Under the pieces are notes generated by a model. The model was not told the origin of the DNA. It searched no databases and saw only the letters and a program-made list of their open reading frames with translations. Position numbers and translations under genes: made by a program. A stretch of DNA of 64,000 nt from Pseudomonadota bacterium (GTDB lineage: Bacteria; Pseudomonadota; Gammaproteobacteria; Burkholderiales; Thiobacillaceae). The stretch covers positions 14,208 through 78,207 of the forward strand of contig JAUYFG010000312.1 of assembly GCA_030690985.1 (NCBI GenBank), written 5' to 3'. Below are positions 20,451 through 30,970 of this stretch, piece by piece (positions within the stretch are counted from its first letter, which is position 1; each line of letters starts with the position of its first letter).

Positions 20451-21110
20451 ATGATGACTCAAGACGAAATGAAGCAAGCCACAGCCCGTGCCGCCATCGA
20501 ACATGTTCCCGCCGGCATCATCGGCGTCGGCACCGGCTCCACCGCCAATTTCTTCATCGACGAACTCGCCCACATCAAAGGCAAGATCGACGCCGCCGTG
20601 GCCTCTTCCGTTGCCACCGCCGAGCGCCTGAAGAAGCACGGCATCCGCGTGATCGACCTGAACGAGGCCGGCGAAATGGAGGTTTATGTCGATGGCGCCG
20701 ACGAAATCACCCGCCACTTGGCCATGATCAAGGGCGGTGGCGGCGCCCTGACGCGCGAGAAGATCGTCGCCGCCTGCGCCAAGAAATTCGTCTGCATCAT
20801 CGACCAGAGCAAGCTGGTGGATGTGATGGGCACCTTCCCGCTACCGGTCGAAGTGATTCCGATGGCACGTTCCTACGTCGCCCGGAGTCTTGTAAAACTC
20901 GGCGGGAATCCCGTACTTCGCCAAGGCTTCACCACCGACAACGGCAACGTCATCCTCGACGTGCACGGCATGAGCATCCTCGACCCGGTGGCGATGGAAA
21001 GCGAAATCAACCAGATCGTCGGCGTCGTCACCGTCGGCCTGTTCGCGCGGCGTGGCGCCGATGTCTGCCTGATGGGGACGCAGGAAGGGGTGCAGACGTT
21101 TACGCGGTAA
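20451..21110 (+). CDS. rpiA: Ribose-5-phosphate isomerase A
   Basis: [20 protein letters not shown] and [11 protein letters not shown] motifs; 219 aa. Confidence 0.9.
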   Translation: MMTQDEMKQATARAAIEHVPAGIIGVGTGSTANFFIDELAHIKGKIDAAVASSVATAERLKKHGIRVIDLNEAGEMEVYVDGADEITRHLAMIKGGGGALTREKIVAACAKKFVCIIDQSKLVDVMGTFPLPVEVIPMARSYVARSLVKLGGNPVLRQGFTTDNGNVILDVHGMSILDPVAMESEINQIVGVVTVGLFARRGADVCLMGTQEGVQTFTR

Positions 21111-21121
21111 AGGAGAACAGC

Positions 21122-21697
21122 ATGGGCATGGCACTGAAACATGATTGCTTGAGCGAGGCGGAATACCTCGAAAGCGAGGAATTTGCCCCCCGGAAACGTG
21201 AATACGTGGCCGGCGAGGCCTATGCGATGGCGGGTGCAAGTGCCCGGCATAACCGGATTTCCGGCAACATTTATATCAGGCTGGATGCCGCCACGCGCGG
21301 CACCCCCTGCGAAACCTTCATGGCCGACATGAAGGTCAAGGTGGAGGCCTGGCAGGCCTTCTACTACCCGGATGTGATGCTCGGCTGCCCCAAGAACGAT
21401 GACCACCCCCTCTATCGCACCAGCCCCTGCCTCATCGTCGAAGTGCTCTCCCCCTCCACCGCCAGCATCGACGAGCGCGAGAAATGGCTGCACTACCGCG
21501 CTATTCCCAGCCTGCGCTACTACCTGCTGATCGACTCGGAGAAGCGCCATGCCCGAATCCGCAGCCGCGAGGATGACCAGGACGGCGACGGTTGGCTGGA
21601 ACAGACCCTGGACGAGGACGACATCGTGGCACTGACCTGTGGCCCGGTCAGCGCCTCGCTCTGCCTGGACGACATCTACGAGCGCACCGGGTTGTAG
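21122..21697 (+). CDS. Uma2-family (DUF820) PD-(D/E)xK endonuclease
   Basis: The pattern YPDVML...PCLIVEVLSPST...D...K...Y is typical of Uma2. Only the 3' part of tracked ORF 20363..21697 is coding. Confidence 0.7.
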   Translation: MGMALKHDCLSEAEYLESEEFAPRKREYVAGEAYAMAGASARHNRISGNIYIRLDAATRGTPCETFMADMKVKVEAWQAFYYPDVMLGCPKNDDHPLYRTSPCLIVEVLSPSTASIDEREKWLHYRAIPSLRYYLLIDSEKRHARIRSREDDQDGDGWLEQTLDEDDIVALTCGPVSASLCLDDIYERTGL

Positions 21698-21718
21698 ATC
21701 ACGGGCCGATTGTGCCGT

Positions 21719-23596
21719 TCAGCCCAGCGCCCGCTCGATGAAATGGCGCGGCACCCGGGTACGGGGGACTCGTTCCGTGAACCAGTTACGGACATCCTCG
21801 TCCAGGCCGATGCCGTGCATGTAGTTGTACAGCGCCTTGTTCAAGGCGACACCGAGGGCGTCGTGATCCACTCCGATCGGATCAATAAAGCCGACATCGT
21901 TCCGGGCAAAGGAGACCGGGGGCAAGGTTTGCAACGTGACCCCAAACTGTTCCGGATGCTGGCCGACGGGCGAGTGCACCGTGCAGACGAAGCGATGAAA
22001 AAACCCGGACTGAATGCACCCCGCCGCGAATAGTTGCCGCACGTATTCGAGTGCATCCACCGTGTCCTGTACGGTTTGTGTCGGGAAGCCATACATCAGA
22101 TAGGCGTGGACCAGGATGCCGGCATCGGTGAAGGCGCGCGTCACCCGCGCCACCTGCTCGACCGAGACCCCTTTCTGCATGAGTTTGAGCAGGCGGTCGG
22201 AGGCGACCTCCAAGCCACCGGATACGGCGATGCAACCGCTGTCCGCCAGTTGCCGGCAAAGCTCCGGCGTGAACGACTTCTCGAAGCGGATGTTGCCCCA
22301 CCAGGAAATCGCGCGATTGCGCCGCTGCAATTCCTCGGCGAGCGCCTTCAATGCCTTCGGCGGCGCGGCTTCGTCGACGAAGTGAAAGCCGCTCTGCCCG
22401 GTCTCCCCGATGATGGCCTCGATGCGATCCACCAGCGTGGCGGCGGCGATACCGTCGTAGCGCCCGATGTAATCCAGCGAGACGTCGCAGAAGGTGCACT
22501 TCTTCCAGTAACAGCCGTGCGCAACGGTCAGCTTGTTCCAGCGCCCGTCCGACCAGAGCCGGTGCATGGGGTTGAGCATGTCGAGAATCGACAGATAGCG
22601 ATCCAGCGGCAGGCCGTCCCAGGTGGGCGTGCCCACTTCGGCGAAGGGAATGTCGGGCTCGCCGGCATCGATGTAGCGCACCTCAGCCGCTATGCGCACG
22701 AAGCTCCGCACCAACTTCCCCTGTCCCCGCTCGCCACGCAGGTGCTCCAGCAGGGCCAGCAGCGGGCGCTCGCCATCATCCAGGGTGACGTAATCGAAGT
22801 AATCGAACACCCGTGGCTCGCTCAGTTCGCGTAGTTCCGTGTTGACGAAGCCGCCACCGAGCGCGATGGCGATTTCGGGGTGCTGCGCCTTGATCGCCTG
22901 GGCGATGCGAAACGCCGCATAGACGTTGCCGGGGAAGGGAACCGACACCAGAACGAGGTCTGGCATATGCCGTGCCACGGCCTCCAGGGTGAGGTCGCGC
23001 AGGGTGCTGTCAACCAGGTTGAAGGGCGCCGCAAGCGCCTCGGCCAGGGGTTCGAAGGTGGGCTGGCTTTGCGCGATCAACTCGGCATAGCGCACGAACT
23101 CGAAGCGCGGATCGACGGCTACACGCAGCACATCGGCAACATCGTTCAGGTACAGGGTGGCGAAGTGGCGGGCGCGGTCCTGCACCCCGAGGGCGCCGAA
23201 TGCCCAGGCCAGGGGGTCACCGCCGTCGTCATCCACATAAGCATCGAGGGAAGCGAAGCGCGGCCCTTCCGGCAGGAAGTTCCGCCCGGCGATGCGATGC
23301 CCGATGCTGGGGTCACGCCCCTGCAGGAAGGCCACAGCGGGGGTGATGCTGGCGAGATAGCGGTCGAACTGTGCGGCGAAAGCTTTGAGCAGCGGTGTGC
23401 GCTTCGGCAGCGCCTCGATACAGGTGCGGATCGCCACCAGCCCCTGCGGCGAAAACAGTCTCAGCACCAGGGCCAAGGCGAGATCCTCCTGAACTGCGTC
23501 AACGCCGCGTGAGCGCAGGAAGCCGGTCAGATACGCCGTCGACGGATAGGGGGTGTTGAGCTGGGTCATCGGCGGGATGACGGACAAGACGCGCAT
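21719..23596 (-). CDS. B12-binding-domain radical SAM protein, function unknown
   Basis: N-terminal Rossmann-like B12-binding region. Cys cluster HGCYWKKCTFCD. About 625 aa. ATG at 23596; the tracked start at 23620 is TTG. Confidence 0.7.
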   Translation of the reverse strand: MRVLSVIPPMTQLNTPYPSTAYLTGFLRSRGVDAVQEDLALALVLRLFSPQGLVAIRTCIEALPKRTPLLKAFAAQFDRYLASITPAVAFLQGRDPSIGHRIAGRNFLPEGPRFASLDAYVDDDGGDPLAWAFGALGVQDRARHFATLYLNDVADVLRVAVDPRFEFVRYAELIAQSQPTFEPLAEALAAPFNLVDSTLRDLTLEAVARHMPDLVLVSVPFPGNVYAAFRIAQAIKAQHPEIAIALGGGFVNTELRELSEPRVFDYFDYVTLDDGERPLLALLEHLRGERGQGKLVRSFVRIAAEVRYIDAGEPDIPFAEVGTPTWDGLPLDRYLSILDMLNPMHRLWSDGRWNKLTVAHGCYWKKCTFCDVSLDYIGRYDGIAAATLVDRIEAIIGETGQSGFHFVDEAAPPKALKALAEELQRRNRAISWWGNIRFEKSFTPELCRQLADSGCIAVSGGLEVASDRLLKLMQKGVSVEQVARVTRAFTDAGILVHAYLMYGFPTQTVQDTVDALEYVRQLFAAGCIQSGFFHRFVCTVHSPVGQHPEQFGVTLQTLPPVSFARNDVGFIDPIGVDHDALGVALNKALYNYMHGIGLDEDVRNWFTERVPRTRVPRHFIERALG

Positions 23597-23616
23597 GGAC
23601 TTGGGTTTCAGGTCGT

Positions 23617-24474
23617 TCAAAACGCCTCGCGCAGCCGCAGGAAGGTGGCGAAGCGCGGCAGGCCTTTTGCCGTCAGGCCTCGATAACGATAGGTGATGGT
23701 GGCACCCACGGCGGGCGGATGGTCGCGCTGCGCATCGCTGAAGCCAGCGCCGATGCGCAGACGCCGGCCATCCGGCAATTCCACCCGCAGCGCGCCGAGC
23801 TTGCCGGCATATTTGCCCTTGCCCGGCAGGTGCGCGACGACCACCGCTTCGGCATCGTCCCAGGGCTTCAGCTTGAGCAGATCATCGCTGCGGCCGGCAC
23901 GGTAGAGGGCATCGGCACGATGCAGCATGAGCCCCTCGCCACCGCCCTTCACCACTTCGTCGAGCTTGCGCCGTAACGCCTGCGGATCGGCGATACGCAA
24001 CTGTTCAACTGCCTGCAACTGGGGCAAACCAGCCTTGGCGACGAGCTGGTGCATCGCGGCGACGCGCTCACTGAAACTGCCCTCGCCACCCGGCAATTCA
24101 AACAACAAGTAGCGCACCTGGCGCCATTCAGCGTCATCCGGCGTTTCCTTGCGCACGATGCCGGAAAGTCGCTCGAACTGGCCGCGCCCGATCCACAGTT
24201 CGCCATCCAGTGCCCGTGCCGGGAAACCCTGGGTAAACCAGGCGGGTGCGGCAATCAGGCGGCCGCTGCGGAAGCGCAGTTGCCCGCCATCCCAGACGGC
24301 GCGCACACCATCCAGTTTTTCGCTGACCCAATAGGCGGCCGGGTCGATGCCGGCGCGGTAAACCTCGGCATGTGCCAGAGCGGGGAGTTCGGCCGCAGGC
24401 GCAAACGGCACCAACAGCAGCCAGCCGGCGAACAGACAGGCAAGCCGCAGAAATCTATTCGCCCAGATATTCAT
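23617..24474 (-). CDS. Minimal ATP-dependent DNA ligase with signal peptide (Lig E type)
   Basis: Adenylation motif SEKLDGVRA (KxDG). About 285 aa. N-terminal hydrophobic signal [28 protein letters not shown]. Confidence 0.8.
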   Translation of the reverse strand: MNIWANRFLRLACLFAGWLLLVPFAPAAELPALAHAEVYRAGIDPAAYWVSEKLDGVRAVWDGGQLRFRSGRLIAAPAWFTQGFPARALDGELWIGRGQFERLSGIVRKETPDDAEWRQVRYLLFELPGGEGSFSERVAAMHQLVAKAGLPQLQAVEQLRIADPQALRRKLDEVVKGGGEGLMLHRADALYRAGRSDDLLKLKPWDDAEAVVVAHLPGKGKYAGKLGALRVELPDGRRLRIGAGFSDAQRDHPPAVGATITYRYRGLTAKGLPRFATFLRLREAF

Positions 24475-24643
24475 CGAGCGCATCCGTTTCCTGCACGGGC
24501 AACTTGAACTTCTCATCCGCCCATTCGCCCAGGTCGATCATCTTGCAGCGCTCGCTGCAGAACGGCCGCCAGGTGTTTTCCGGGCGCCATTCCACCGCCT
24601 TGCCACAGGTGGGGCAGGCGACCTTCTTGTATTTCTCCGCCAT
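24455..24643 (-). CDS. yacG: DNA gyrase inhibitor YacG (zinc ribbon)
   Basis: CPTCGK...[15 protein letters not shown] signature; 62 aa. The 3' end overlaps the ligase start by 20 nt. Confidence 0.85.
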   Translation of the reverse strand: MAEKYKKVACPTCGKAVEWRPENTWRPFCSERCKMIDLGEWADEKFKLPVQETDALDEYLGE

Positions 24644-24652
24644 TGGCGTCTC

Positions 24653-24683
24653 CAAACGAAAAAGGCGGCTTGCGCCGCCTTTG
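24653..24683 (-). terminator. Rho-independent terminator after erpA
   Basis: The minus strand reads AAAGGCGGC-GCAA-GCCGCCTTTTTCGTTT. Confidence 0.6.
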
Positions 24684-24698
24684 CAGGTCGAGCCTGGA

Positions 24699-25046
24699 TC
24701 AGGTCGAAAAAGAAGAACCACAGCCACAGGTAGAAGTGGCGGTCGGGTTCTTGATGACGAACTGAGCGCCTTCGAGGCCCTCGGTGTAGTCGACTTCGGC
24801 GCCCATCATGTACTGCATGCTCATCGGATCGACCAGCAGGGTGACGCCGTTCTTTTCCATGGTCATGTCGTCTTCGTTGGTCACTTCATCGAAGGTGAAG
24901 CCGTACTGGAAGCCGGAACAGCCACCGCCAGTAACGAATACGCGCAGTTTCAGGTCAGGATTACCTTCTTCCTCGATCAGCGACTTCACCTTGTTGGCGG
25001 CGCTGTCGGTGAAAGTGAAGGGACTCATTTCGGTCGCGGCATTCAT
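24699..25046 (-). CDS. erpA: Iron-sulfur cluster insertion protein ErpA (IscA/HesB family)
   Basis: [11 protein letters not shown] and the C-terminal CGCGSSF motif. Confidence 0.9.
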   Translation of the reverse strand: MNAATEMSPFTFTDSAANKVKSLIEEEGNPDLKLRVFVTGGGCSGFQYGFTFDEVTNEDDMTMEKNGVTLLVDPMSMQYMMGAEVDYTEGLEGAQFVIKNPTATSTCGCGSSFST

Positions 25047-25143
25047 CTCGCGGTACTCCTATGTCAGGTCTAAGTGCGGGGCATTATTGGCGCCGGGGCA
25101 GCGCCCGTCAACCACGGGCTAAGTGGGGATACGTCCACAAAAA

Positions 25144-26196
25144 TCAAGGCATTACCGGAATCTGGGTGAGCGCCCTATTTTCCGGCAAGTCGAACATCAG
25201 ATTCATGTTCTGCACCGCCTGGCCAGCGGCCCCCTTCACCAGGTTGTCGATCACCGAAAGGACGACCACGACGTTGTTGCCACCCTCGCCACCCTGGGGC
25301 CGATGAACGGCGATGCGACACAGGTTGGAAGCGCGCACGGAACGGGTTTCCGGGTGCGATTTGGCGGGCAGCACATCGACGAAATACTCGTTGGCATAGC
25401 GCGCCTCGAACAGGGCCTGCAAATCCACGTCGCGGCTCAGCTTGCAGTACAGGGTGGCGTGGATACCGCGAATCAGCGGGATGAGGTGCGGCACGAAGGT
25501 CAGGCCGACGCTTTTGCCAGCTTCGTGGCCGGCCATGCGGTTGAGCCCCTGGCGGATTTCCGGCCAGTGGCGGTGTCCCGGCACGGCATAGGCCTTGAAG
25601 TTATCGGAGGCCTCCGCGAACAGGGCGCCAATCTCCGCCTTGCGGCCGGCGCCGGAGACGCCGGATTTGCAGTCGGCCACCATCCAGGCGGTATCGACCA
25701 CACCGGCTTCCAGCAGGGGCAGGAAGCCAAGCTGCACGGCGGTGGGGTAGCAACCGGGATTGGCAATCAGGCGCGCGCCCCTGATTTTTTCCCGGTTGAT
25801 CTCGGGCAGGCCGTAGACCGCTTCCGCGACCAGATCCGGACAGGCGTGTTCCATGCCATACCACTTCGACCACTCATTGACGTCCTGGATACGGAAGTCG
25901 GCGGCCAGGTCGATGACCTTGACCCCGGCATCGAGCAGTTCGCGGGTCTGTTTCATGGCGACGCCGTTAGGGGTGGCAAAGAACACCACGTCACAGGACT
26001 TGAGCGGCGCCTCTTCCGGCGTGGTGAAGGCCAGCGTTACCCGGCCGCGCAAGGACGGGAACATGTCGGCCACCGCCATGCCGGCTTCCTTGCGGGAAGT
26101 AATGGCGACCAGTTCCACTTCCGGATGCTGGGCGAGAAGCCTGAGAAGTTCGACCCCGGTGTAACCGGTGCCACCAACGATGCCTGCTTTGATCAT
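25144..26196 (-). CDS. argC: N-acetyl-gamma-glutamyl-phosphate reductase
   Basis: [15 protein letters not shown]-terminus and active-site region ANPGCYPT; 350 aa. Confidence 0.9.
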   Translation of the reverse strand: MIKAGIVGGTGYTGVELLRLLAQHPEVELVAITSRKEAGMAVADMFPSLRGRVTLAFTTPEEAPLKSCDVVFFATPNGVAMKQTRELLDAGVKVIDLAADFRIQDVNEWSKWYGMEHACPDLVAEAVYGLPEINREKIRGARLIANPGCYPTAVQLGFLPLLEAGVVDTAWMVADCKSGVSGAGRKAEIGALFAEASDNFKAYAVPGHRHWPEIRQGLNRMAGHEAGKSVGLTFVPHLIPLIRGIHATLYCKLSRDVDLQALFEARYANEYFVDVLPAKSHPETRSVRASNLCRIAVHRPQGGEGGNNVVVVLSVIDNLVKGAAGQAVQNMNLMFDLPENRALTQIPVMP

Positions 26197-26213
26197 GCTG
26201 AGACTCCTTGAAA

Positions 26214-26247
26214 CAGAAACGAAAAAGCCGCCCTCGGGCGGCCTTCT
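26214..26247 (-). terminator. Rho-independent terminator after rpsI
   Basis: The minus strand reads GAAGGCCGCCC-GAG-GGCGGCTTTTTCGTTT. Confidence 0.6.
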
Positions 26248-26264
26248 CGAATATCCAGCGCAAA

Positions 26265-26657
26265 TTAACGCTTGGAGAACTGCTTGCGACGGCGCGCCTT
26301 GTGGAAGCCGACTTTCTTGCGTTCCACTTCGCGGGCATCGCGGGTGACCAGACCGGCTTTCTTCAGCTGGCTTTTCAGCTCCGCATCGTATTCGATCAGG
26401 GCGCGAGTGATGCCGTGGCGAACTGCACCAGCCTGCCCGGTTTCGCCGCCGCCGTTGACGTTCACCATGATGTCGAAGGTGAGCGTGCGTTCGGTCAGCA
26501 CCAGGGGCTGACGCACGATCATGCGGCCGGTTTCGCGAGCGAAGTAGAGGTCGACGGCCTTGCCGTTGACGACGATGTTGCCGGAACCCGCTTTCATGAA
26601 CACGCGAGCGACTGAGCTCTTGCGGCGGCCGGTGCCGTAGTAGTAGTTACCGATCAT
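26265..26657 (-). CDS. rpsI: 30S ribosomal protein S9
   Basis: [12 protein letters not shown]...[11 protein letters not shown]. Confidence 0.95.
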   Translation of the reverse strand: MIGNYYYGTGRRKSSVARVFMKAGSGNIVVNGKAVDLYFARETGRMIVRQPLVLTERTLTFDIMVNVNGGGETGQAGAVRHGITRALIEYDAELKSQLKKAGLVTRDAREVERKKVGFHKARRRKQFSKR

Positions 26658-26665
26658 TCGAGACC

Positions 26666-27094
26666 TCAGATTTCCAGGGTTTTGGGCTGCTGCGCGGTGT
26701 GCGGGTGAGCGCCGCCGGCATAGACCTTGAGTTTCTTGATCATGGCGTAGCCCAGGGGGCCCTTGGGCAACATCCCCTTGACCGCCTTCTCCAGCGCACG
26801 ACCGGGGAAACGGTCCTGCATCTTGCCGAAGGTGGTCTCGTTGATGCCGCCGGGGTAACCGGTGTGGCTGTAGTACTTCTTGCCTTCGGCCTTGTTGCCG
26901 GTCACGCGCAGTTTCTCGACGTTGACCACGACGATGTAGTCGCCGGTATCCACGTGCGGGGTGAAGATGGCCTTGTGCTTGCCGCGCAGACGGCGGGCGA
27001 TCTCGGACGCCAGACGTCCCAGCACCCGGTCGGTGCCGTCCACCAGATACCAGTCGTGCTGGACCTCGTGGGGCTTAGCGGAGAAGGTTTTCAT
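26666..27094 (-). CDS. rplM: 50S ribosomal protein L13
   Basis: [16 protein letters not shown]...GMLPK. Confidence 0.95.
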   Translation of the reverse strand: MKTFSAKPHEVQHDWYLVDGTDRVLGRLASEIARRLRGKHKAIFTPHVDTGDYIVVVNVEKLRVTGNKAEGKKYYSHTGYPGGINETTFGKMQDRFPGRALEKAVKGMLPKGPLGYAMIKKLKVYAGGAHPHTAQQPKTLEI

Positions 27095-27205
27095 GTCTAT
27101 GTACCAGAATGGGGACTTCGGAAAGCGGCGGATTCTATTGGGTTTTCTGTTTTCCTGTCAAACCGGTATTTGCCGAAGAGGGAGGTATCCGGATAATCGC
27201 GACCC

Positions 27206-27964
27206 ATGTCGCTCATTTCCCAACCCACCTGGCTGCTCACCAATTTCACCGCGGCTTTCCTGTTGCCGCCGCTCAATCTGCTGATTCTCGGCGGTTTCGG
27301 GCTGCTGCTGCTGAAACGACGGCGGGCCTGGGGCAAGGCCTTGATCGGCTTCAGCCTGGCCGCGCTGTGGCTGCTGGCAACGCCGTTCGTGGCTGACCAT
27401 CTGCTCGATGCATTGAAACCGCCCCCGCAAACGCTGGATGGCACGGAAGCCGATGCCATCGTGATTCTCGGCGGCGGCACCTATTCCGATACGGTGGAAT
27501 ATGGCGGCGACACAGTGGGCCGTTTCACCCTGGAGCGGGTGCGCTACGGCGCCTGGCTGGCGCGCAAGCTGGGCAAACCGCTGCTGGTGACCGGCGGCAG
27601 TCCCGATGGCGGCCGCCCCGAGGGGCAGTTGATGCGCGAGACGCTGGAACGGGAATTCGCCGTGAAGGTGCGCTGGGTGGAAGACCGTTCCAATAACACG
27701 CGTGAGAACGCAATATTTGCCACCAGGATGCTGAAAATGGCGGGCATCAAGCGTATCTATCTGGTCAGCCATGCCTGGCATCTGCCGCGCGCGCTGCCGG
27801 AATTCGAACGGGAAGGTTTACAGGTGGTCGCGGCCGGGACTGGCTATTCCCTGGCTCGCGGCCCGCGCCCTATGGACTTCGTGCCCAGCGCCAAGGGGCT
27901 TTACGACAGTTATCTGGCCATGCATGAAGGCATCGGCCTGGTTTGGTACCGAATTCGAAATTAG
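27206..27964 (+). CDS. YdcF/ElyC-like DUF218 membrane-associated protein
   Basis: N-terminal TM segments followed by DAIVILGGG...SxNTRENA...YLVSHAWHLPRA, typical of DUF218. Confidence 0.75.
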   Translation: MSLISQPTWLLTNFTAAFLLPPLNLLILGGFGLLLLKRRRAWGKALIGFSLAALWLLATPFVADHLLDALKPPPQTLDGTEADAIVILGGGTYSDTVEYGGDTVGRFTLERVRYGAWLARKLGKPLLVTGGSPDGGRPEGQLMRETLEREFAVKVRWVEDRSNNTRENAIFATRMLKMAGIKRIYLVSHAWHLPRALPEFEREGLQVVAAGTGYSLARGPRPMDFVPSAKGLYDSYLAMHEGIGLVWYRIRN

Positions 27965-27974
27965 GAGTTGTGCA

Positions 27975-28403
27975 ATGAAATCCCGCGTCAAATGGGTAGA
28001 GAACGTCTGTTTCATGGCCGAATCGGAAAGCGGCCACGCCATGATCATGGACGGTTCGCCGGACATCGGTGGCCGTAACATGGGGCCACGGCCGATGGAA
28101 ATGCTGTTGATGGGAGCCGGTGGCTGCACCTCGGTGGACGTGGTGATGATCCTGAAGAAAAGCCGCCAGGAGGTGACCGCTTGCGAAGTGGAAGTCAGCG
28201 CCGAACGGGCCGACGACCATCCCAAGGTATTCACGAAAATCCATATGCACTTCACGCTGCGCGGGCGCGGCGTCAAACCGGAACTGGTGGATCGCGCCAT
28301 CAAGTTGTCGGCGGAGAAATACTGTTCCGCCAGCATCATCCTGGGCAAGACCGCCGTCATGACACACGACTTCGAGATCATCGAGGAGGCCGGGACGCCG
28401 TAG
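27975..28403 (+). CDS. OsmC-family peroxiredoxin-like protein
   Basis: GPRPMEMLLMGAGGCTSVDV and KYCSAS, the two conserved Cys regions. AGGAG RBS. Confidence 0.8.
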   Translation: MKSRVKWVENVCFMAESESGHAMIMDGSPDIGGRNMGPRPMEMLLMGAGGCTSVDVVMILKKSRQEVTACEVEVSAERADDHPKVFTKIHMHFTLRGRGVKPELVDRAIKLSAEKYCSASIILGKTAVMTHDFEIIEEAGTP

Positions 28404-28408
28404 CCCGC

Positions 28409-28494
28409 GTAGGATGGGTTGAGCGACAGCGAAACCCATCGACTCCCCACGCCCGATGTCATGATGGGTTTCGCTGTCGCTCAACCCATCCTAC
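28409..28494. repeat. REP-type palindrome (GTAGGATGGGTTGAGCG variant)
   Basis: GTAGGATGGGTTGAGCGACAGCGAAACCCATC ... GATGGGTTTCGCTGTCGCTCAACCCATCCTAC; near-perfect ~32-nt arms. Confidence 0.85.
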
Positions 28495-28501
28495 TCACTA
28501 C

Positions 28502-28855
28502 TCACTCGCTGTTGCCGACGAGCCACTCCAGTGCGATGCCGGGCTCGTCGAAGACATGCACATCCGCATCGACGAACAAGCGGTTCAGCCAGGCCAGCCA
28601 GACCGTCCATTCGTCGGCCGTCACCACGGCGATCTTGCGGAAGTCATAACGGTGCTCGCGCGAGAACTTGATCTCTTCCCAGGCCACATCGAAGGTGTAG
28701 CTAACCATGTCGCGCAGGTCGAGCAACACGCTGACGCCGCCTTCGAATTCCAGGCCGTGGAGCACGTGCTGCTCGAAGTCCTTGTAGTCCGCCAGGGTGA
28801 ATTCACCGATGACGGAAACGGAAACCAGATTCTTTTCGCTGCTGATTGCAATCAT
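28502..28855 (-). CDS. STAS/SpoIIAA-like DUF3478 protein
   Basis: 117 aa. The pattern GxxTxxDYxxF...DLRD...W...F....KIAVV fits the SpoIIAA-like DUF3478 family. Confidence 0.55.
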   Translation of the reverse strand: MIAISSEKNLVSVSVIGEFTLADYKDFEQHVLHGLEFEGGVSVLLDLRDMVSYTFDVAWEEIKFSREHRYDFRKIAVVTADEWTVWLAWLNRLFVDADVHVFDEPGIALEWLVGNSE

Positions 28856-29718
28856 TTGCCACTCCTCGTAAGTCGCGCTGCCTGGATGCCGGCCAGCACG
28901 GTGATCAACATGCCGATCCAGGCGCTTATCGGCATGGCCATGTCGAAAATCAGGGTATCGAGAATACCGCCGAATACGACCGTGCTGTAAGCGAACGCCG
29001 CCACCACCACGGTATCGCCCTTGCGGTAGGCGCGGGTCATGGCGAGCTGGCCCAGGGTGGCGAACAGGCCGACGCCCAGGAGCAGCCCGACATGCTCAAC
29101 CGCAGCGGCGCCATGCCAGCCGCCATCCAGGCTGGTCAACAGGCTGGCGCCCAGCGCACAGACCACGGCAAACCAGAACACCGTGCGCCATTCCGGCTCG
29201 CCCAGGCGCCCGAGGCGGCGCACATGGATGTAGGCGAACGCCGCCATCACCCCGGAAAACAGTCCAACCAGGCCGGCCACCAGGTCTTGCGGCGCGCTGT
29301 CCCAGGGCCGCAACAGCAGCGCCACGCCAACAAAACCGACCGCCACCGTGGCGTACTGGGCGCGACTGGGCCGTTCGTTGAGTTGCCAAGGCATGAGCAG
29401 GGCAAGAAACAGGGGCGACGAATAATTGAGGGTGATAGCCAGCGAAAGCGGCAGATGCGCCACGGCGTAGAAGAAGGTGGCCAGAGCGAGGAAGCCGACC
29501 AGGCCACGGCGCAGGTGCAAAGCCGTGTGCTCGCCCAGGAAGTGCCGCCCGCCGCTGATGCCGTGGCGTAGCGTCATGCCCGCCAGCAGCAGGGCCAGGG
29601 CGATCAGAGAGCGGTAAAACACCAGTTCATGGCTGGAGAACCATTGCACGCCCAGTTTCACCAGCACGCCCATGAGCGCGAATGAGGCACCGGCCAGAAG
29701 CATCCAGGTGGACCCCAA
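28852..29718 (-). CDS. EamA/DMT-superfamily transporter
   Basis: About 10 TM segments in two EamA repeats. 4-nt overlap with the downstream gene. Confidence 0.8.
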   Translation of the reverse strand: MGSTWMLLAGASFALMGVLVKLGVQWFSSHELVFYRSLIALALLLAGMTLRHGISGGRHFLGEHTALHLRRGLVGFLALATFFYAVAHLPLSLAITLNYSSPLFLALLMPWQLNERPSRAQYATVAVGFVGVALLLRPWDSAPQDLVAGLVGLFSGVMAAFAYIHVRRLGRLGEPEWRTVFWFAVVCALGASLLTSLDGGWHGAAAVEHVGLLLGVGLFATLGQLAMTRAYRKGDTVVVAAFAYSTVVFGGILDTLIFDMAMPISAWIGMLITVLAGIQAARLTRSGK

Positions 29719-29721
29719 AGC

Positions 29722-30963
29722 CTAAGGTTCCGCCGTATATTCAGGCGCTTGCGGGGTGCGCGTGGTCTGTTCCACCGGTACCGCCGCCGGCAACGTCTTG
29801 CCTTCCGGCGCCACCTGCAACTCCTCGAACTTGCGCGCGGTCACCAGCACCCGCGTTTCCAGCGAGCCGGTGGCCTCGTTGTAAGCCTTCACCGCCTGGC
29901 CCAGATTCTTGCCGACGCTGTTCCAGTGTTCGCCCAGTTTGCTCAGGCGTTCGTACAACTGGGCGCCCAGTTGGCTGACCTGGCGCGCGTTGTCGGCCAG
30001 GGCTTCCTGGCGCCAGCCGTAATAGACCGCCTTGAGCAAGGCCAGCAGGGTGGTGGGCGTGGCCAGAATCACCTTCTGCGCGCTGGCGTATTCGATCAAG
30101 TCCGGGTCTTCCTGCAGGGCAGCGCCGAAGAAGGCCTCGCCGGGCAGGAACAGCACCACGAACTCCGGCGACGGCGCGAACTGCTCCCAATAGGCCTTGG
30201 CCGCCAGTTGCTGGACATGGGTGCGCACATGCTGGGCGTAGCGCACGAGGGCACGATGGCGGGTGTCTTCATGTTCTGCCTCCACCGCCTCCAGATAGGC
30301 GGCGACCGGCGCTTTCGAGTCCAGTACCACGCTCTTGCCGCCGGGCAGGCGCACCACCATGTCGGGACGGTGGCCGTCGGCAGTGGATTCCTGTTCGAAG
30401 AAATCGCAGTGATCCAGCATGCCGGCCATTTCCACCACCCGGCGCAACTGCACCTCGCCCCAGCGCCCACGCACCTCGGGACGGCGTAGCGCCGTCACCA
30501 GGCGATGCGTCTCGCTTTTCAGGTCGTGCTGGGCGGCGAGCAGGCCTTTCACCTGCTCGGTGAGGCTGGCATAGGCGCCGCTGCGCTGTTGCTCCATCTC
30601 CCGCTGCTGGGCATGGAGCTTGTCCAGGGTTTCCGCCAGCGGCTTGACCAGGGTTGCCACCGCCTGCTGGCGTGCCGCCAGATCGCCTCTGGCGTGTTCC
30701 TGGAAGCTGGCGAGGTTCTGCCGGGCGAGATCGAGAAACGCCTGGTTGTTGCTCTTGAGGGCATCGGCGGAGAGGGATTTGAACGCGTCGGCCAGCTCGC
30801 GCTCGGCGTTCCGCAACAACGCGGCTTTCTCGCCGGCGCTGTCGCGTTCTTGTTGCAGGCGGATGTCCAGCTCGGCGATGCGCGCCTGCCAGTGGCCGCG
30901 CTGCCAGAACAGCAGGATCAGGCCGAGTGCGAGGCCCAGCAACGCGGCGAATACGATGTCCAT
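29722..30963 (-). CDS. rmuC: DNA recombination protein RmuC
   Basis: N-terminal TM segment, coiled coil, and a C-terminal RmuC nuclease-like region (VVLDSKAP..., [10 protein letters not shown]). Confidence 0.85.
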   Translation of the reverse strand: MDIVFAALLGLALGLILLFWQRGHWQARIAELDIRLQQERDSAGEKAALLRNAERELADAFKSLSADALKSNNQAFLDLARQNLASFQEHARGDLAARQQAVATLVKPLAETLDKLHAQQREMEQQRSGAYASLTEQVKGLLAAQHDLKSETHRLVTALRRPEVRGRWGEVQLRRVVEMAGMLDHCDFFEQESTADGHRPDMVVRLPGGKSVVLDSKAPVAAYLEAVEAEHEDTRHRALVRYAQHVRTHVQQLAAKAYWEQFAPSPEFVVLFLPGEAFFGAALQEDPDLIEYASAQKVILATPTTLLALLKAVYYGWRQEALADNARQVSQLGAQLYERLSKLGEHWNSVGKNLGQAVKAYNEATGSLETRVLVTARKFEELQVAPEGKTLPAAVPVEQTTRTPQAPEYTAEP

Positions 30964-30970
30964 CAGCGAA

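Noticed and set aside
20364-20717. N-terminal extensions of tracked ORFs (example ilvA; also engB, TPR protein, ligase, htpG, trmD, rplS, nitroreductase, sensor)
   Set aside because: The extensions overlap neighbouring genes or intergenic DNA and precede conserved N-termini. Internal ATG starts match the expected protein lengths.
20363-21121. 5' part of the 444-aa ORF 20363-21697
   Set aside because: This part is out of frame over rpiA and encodes an Arg-rich nonsense-like sequence. Only the segment from ATG 21122 (Uma2 domain) is credible.
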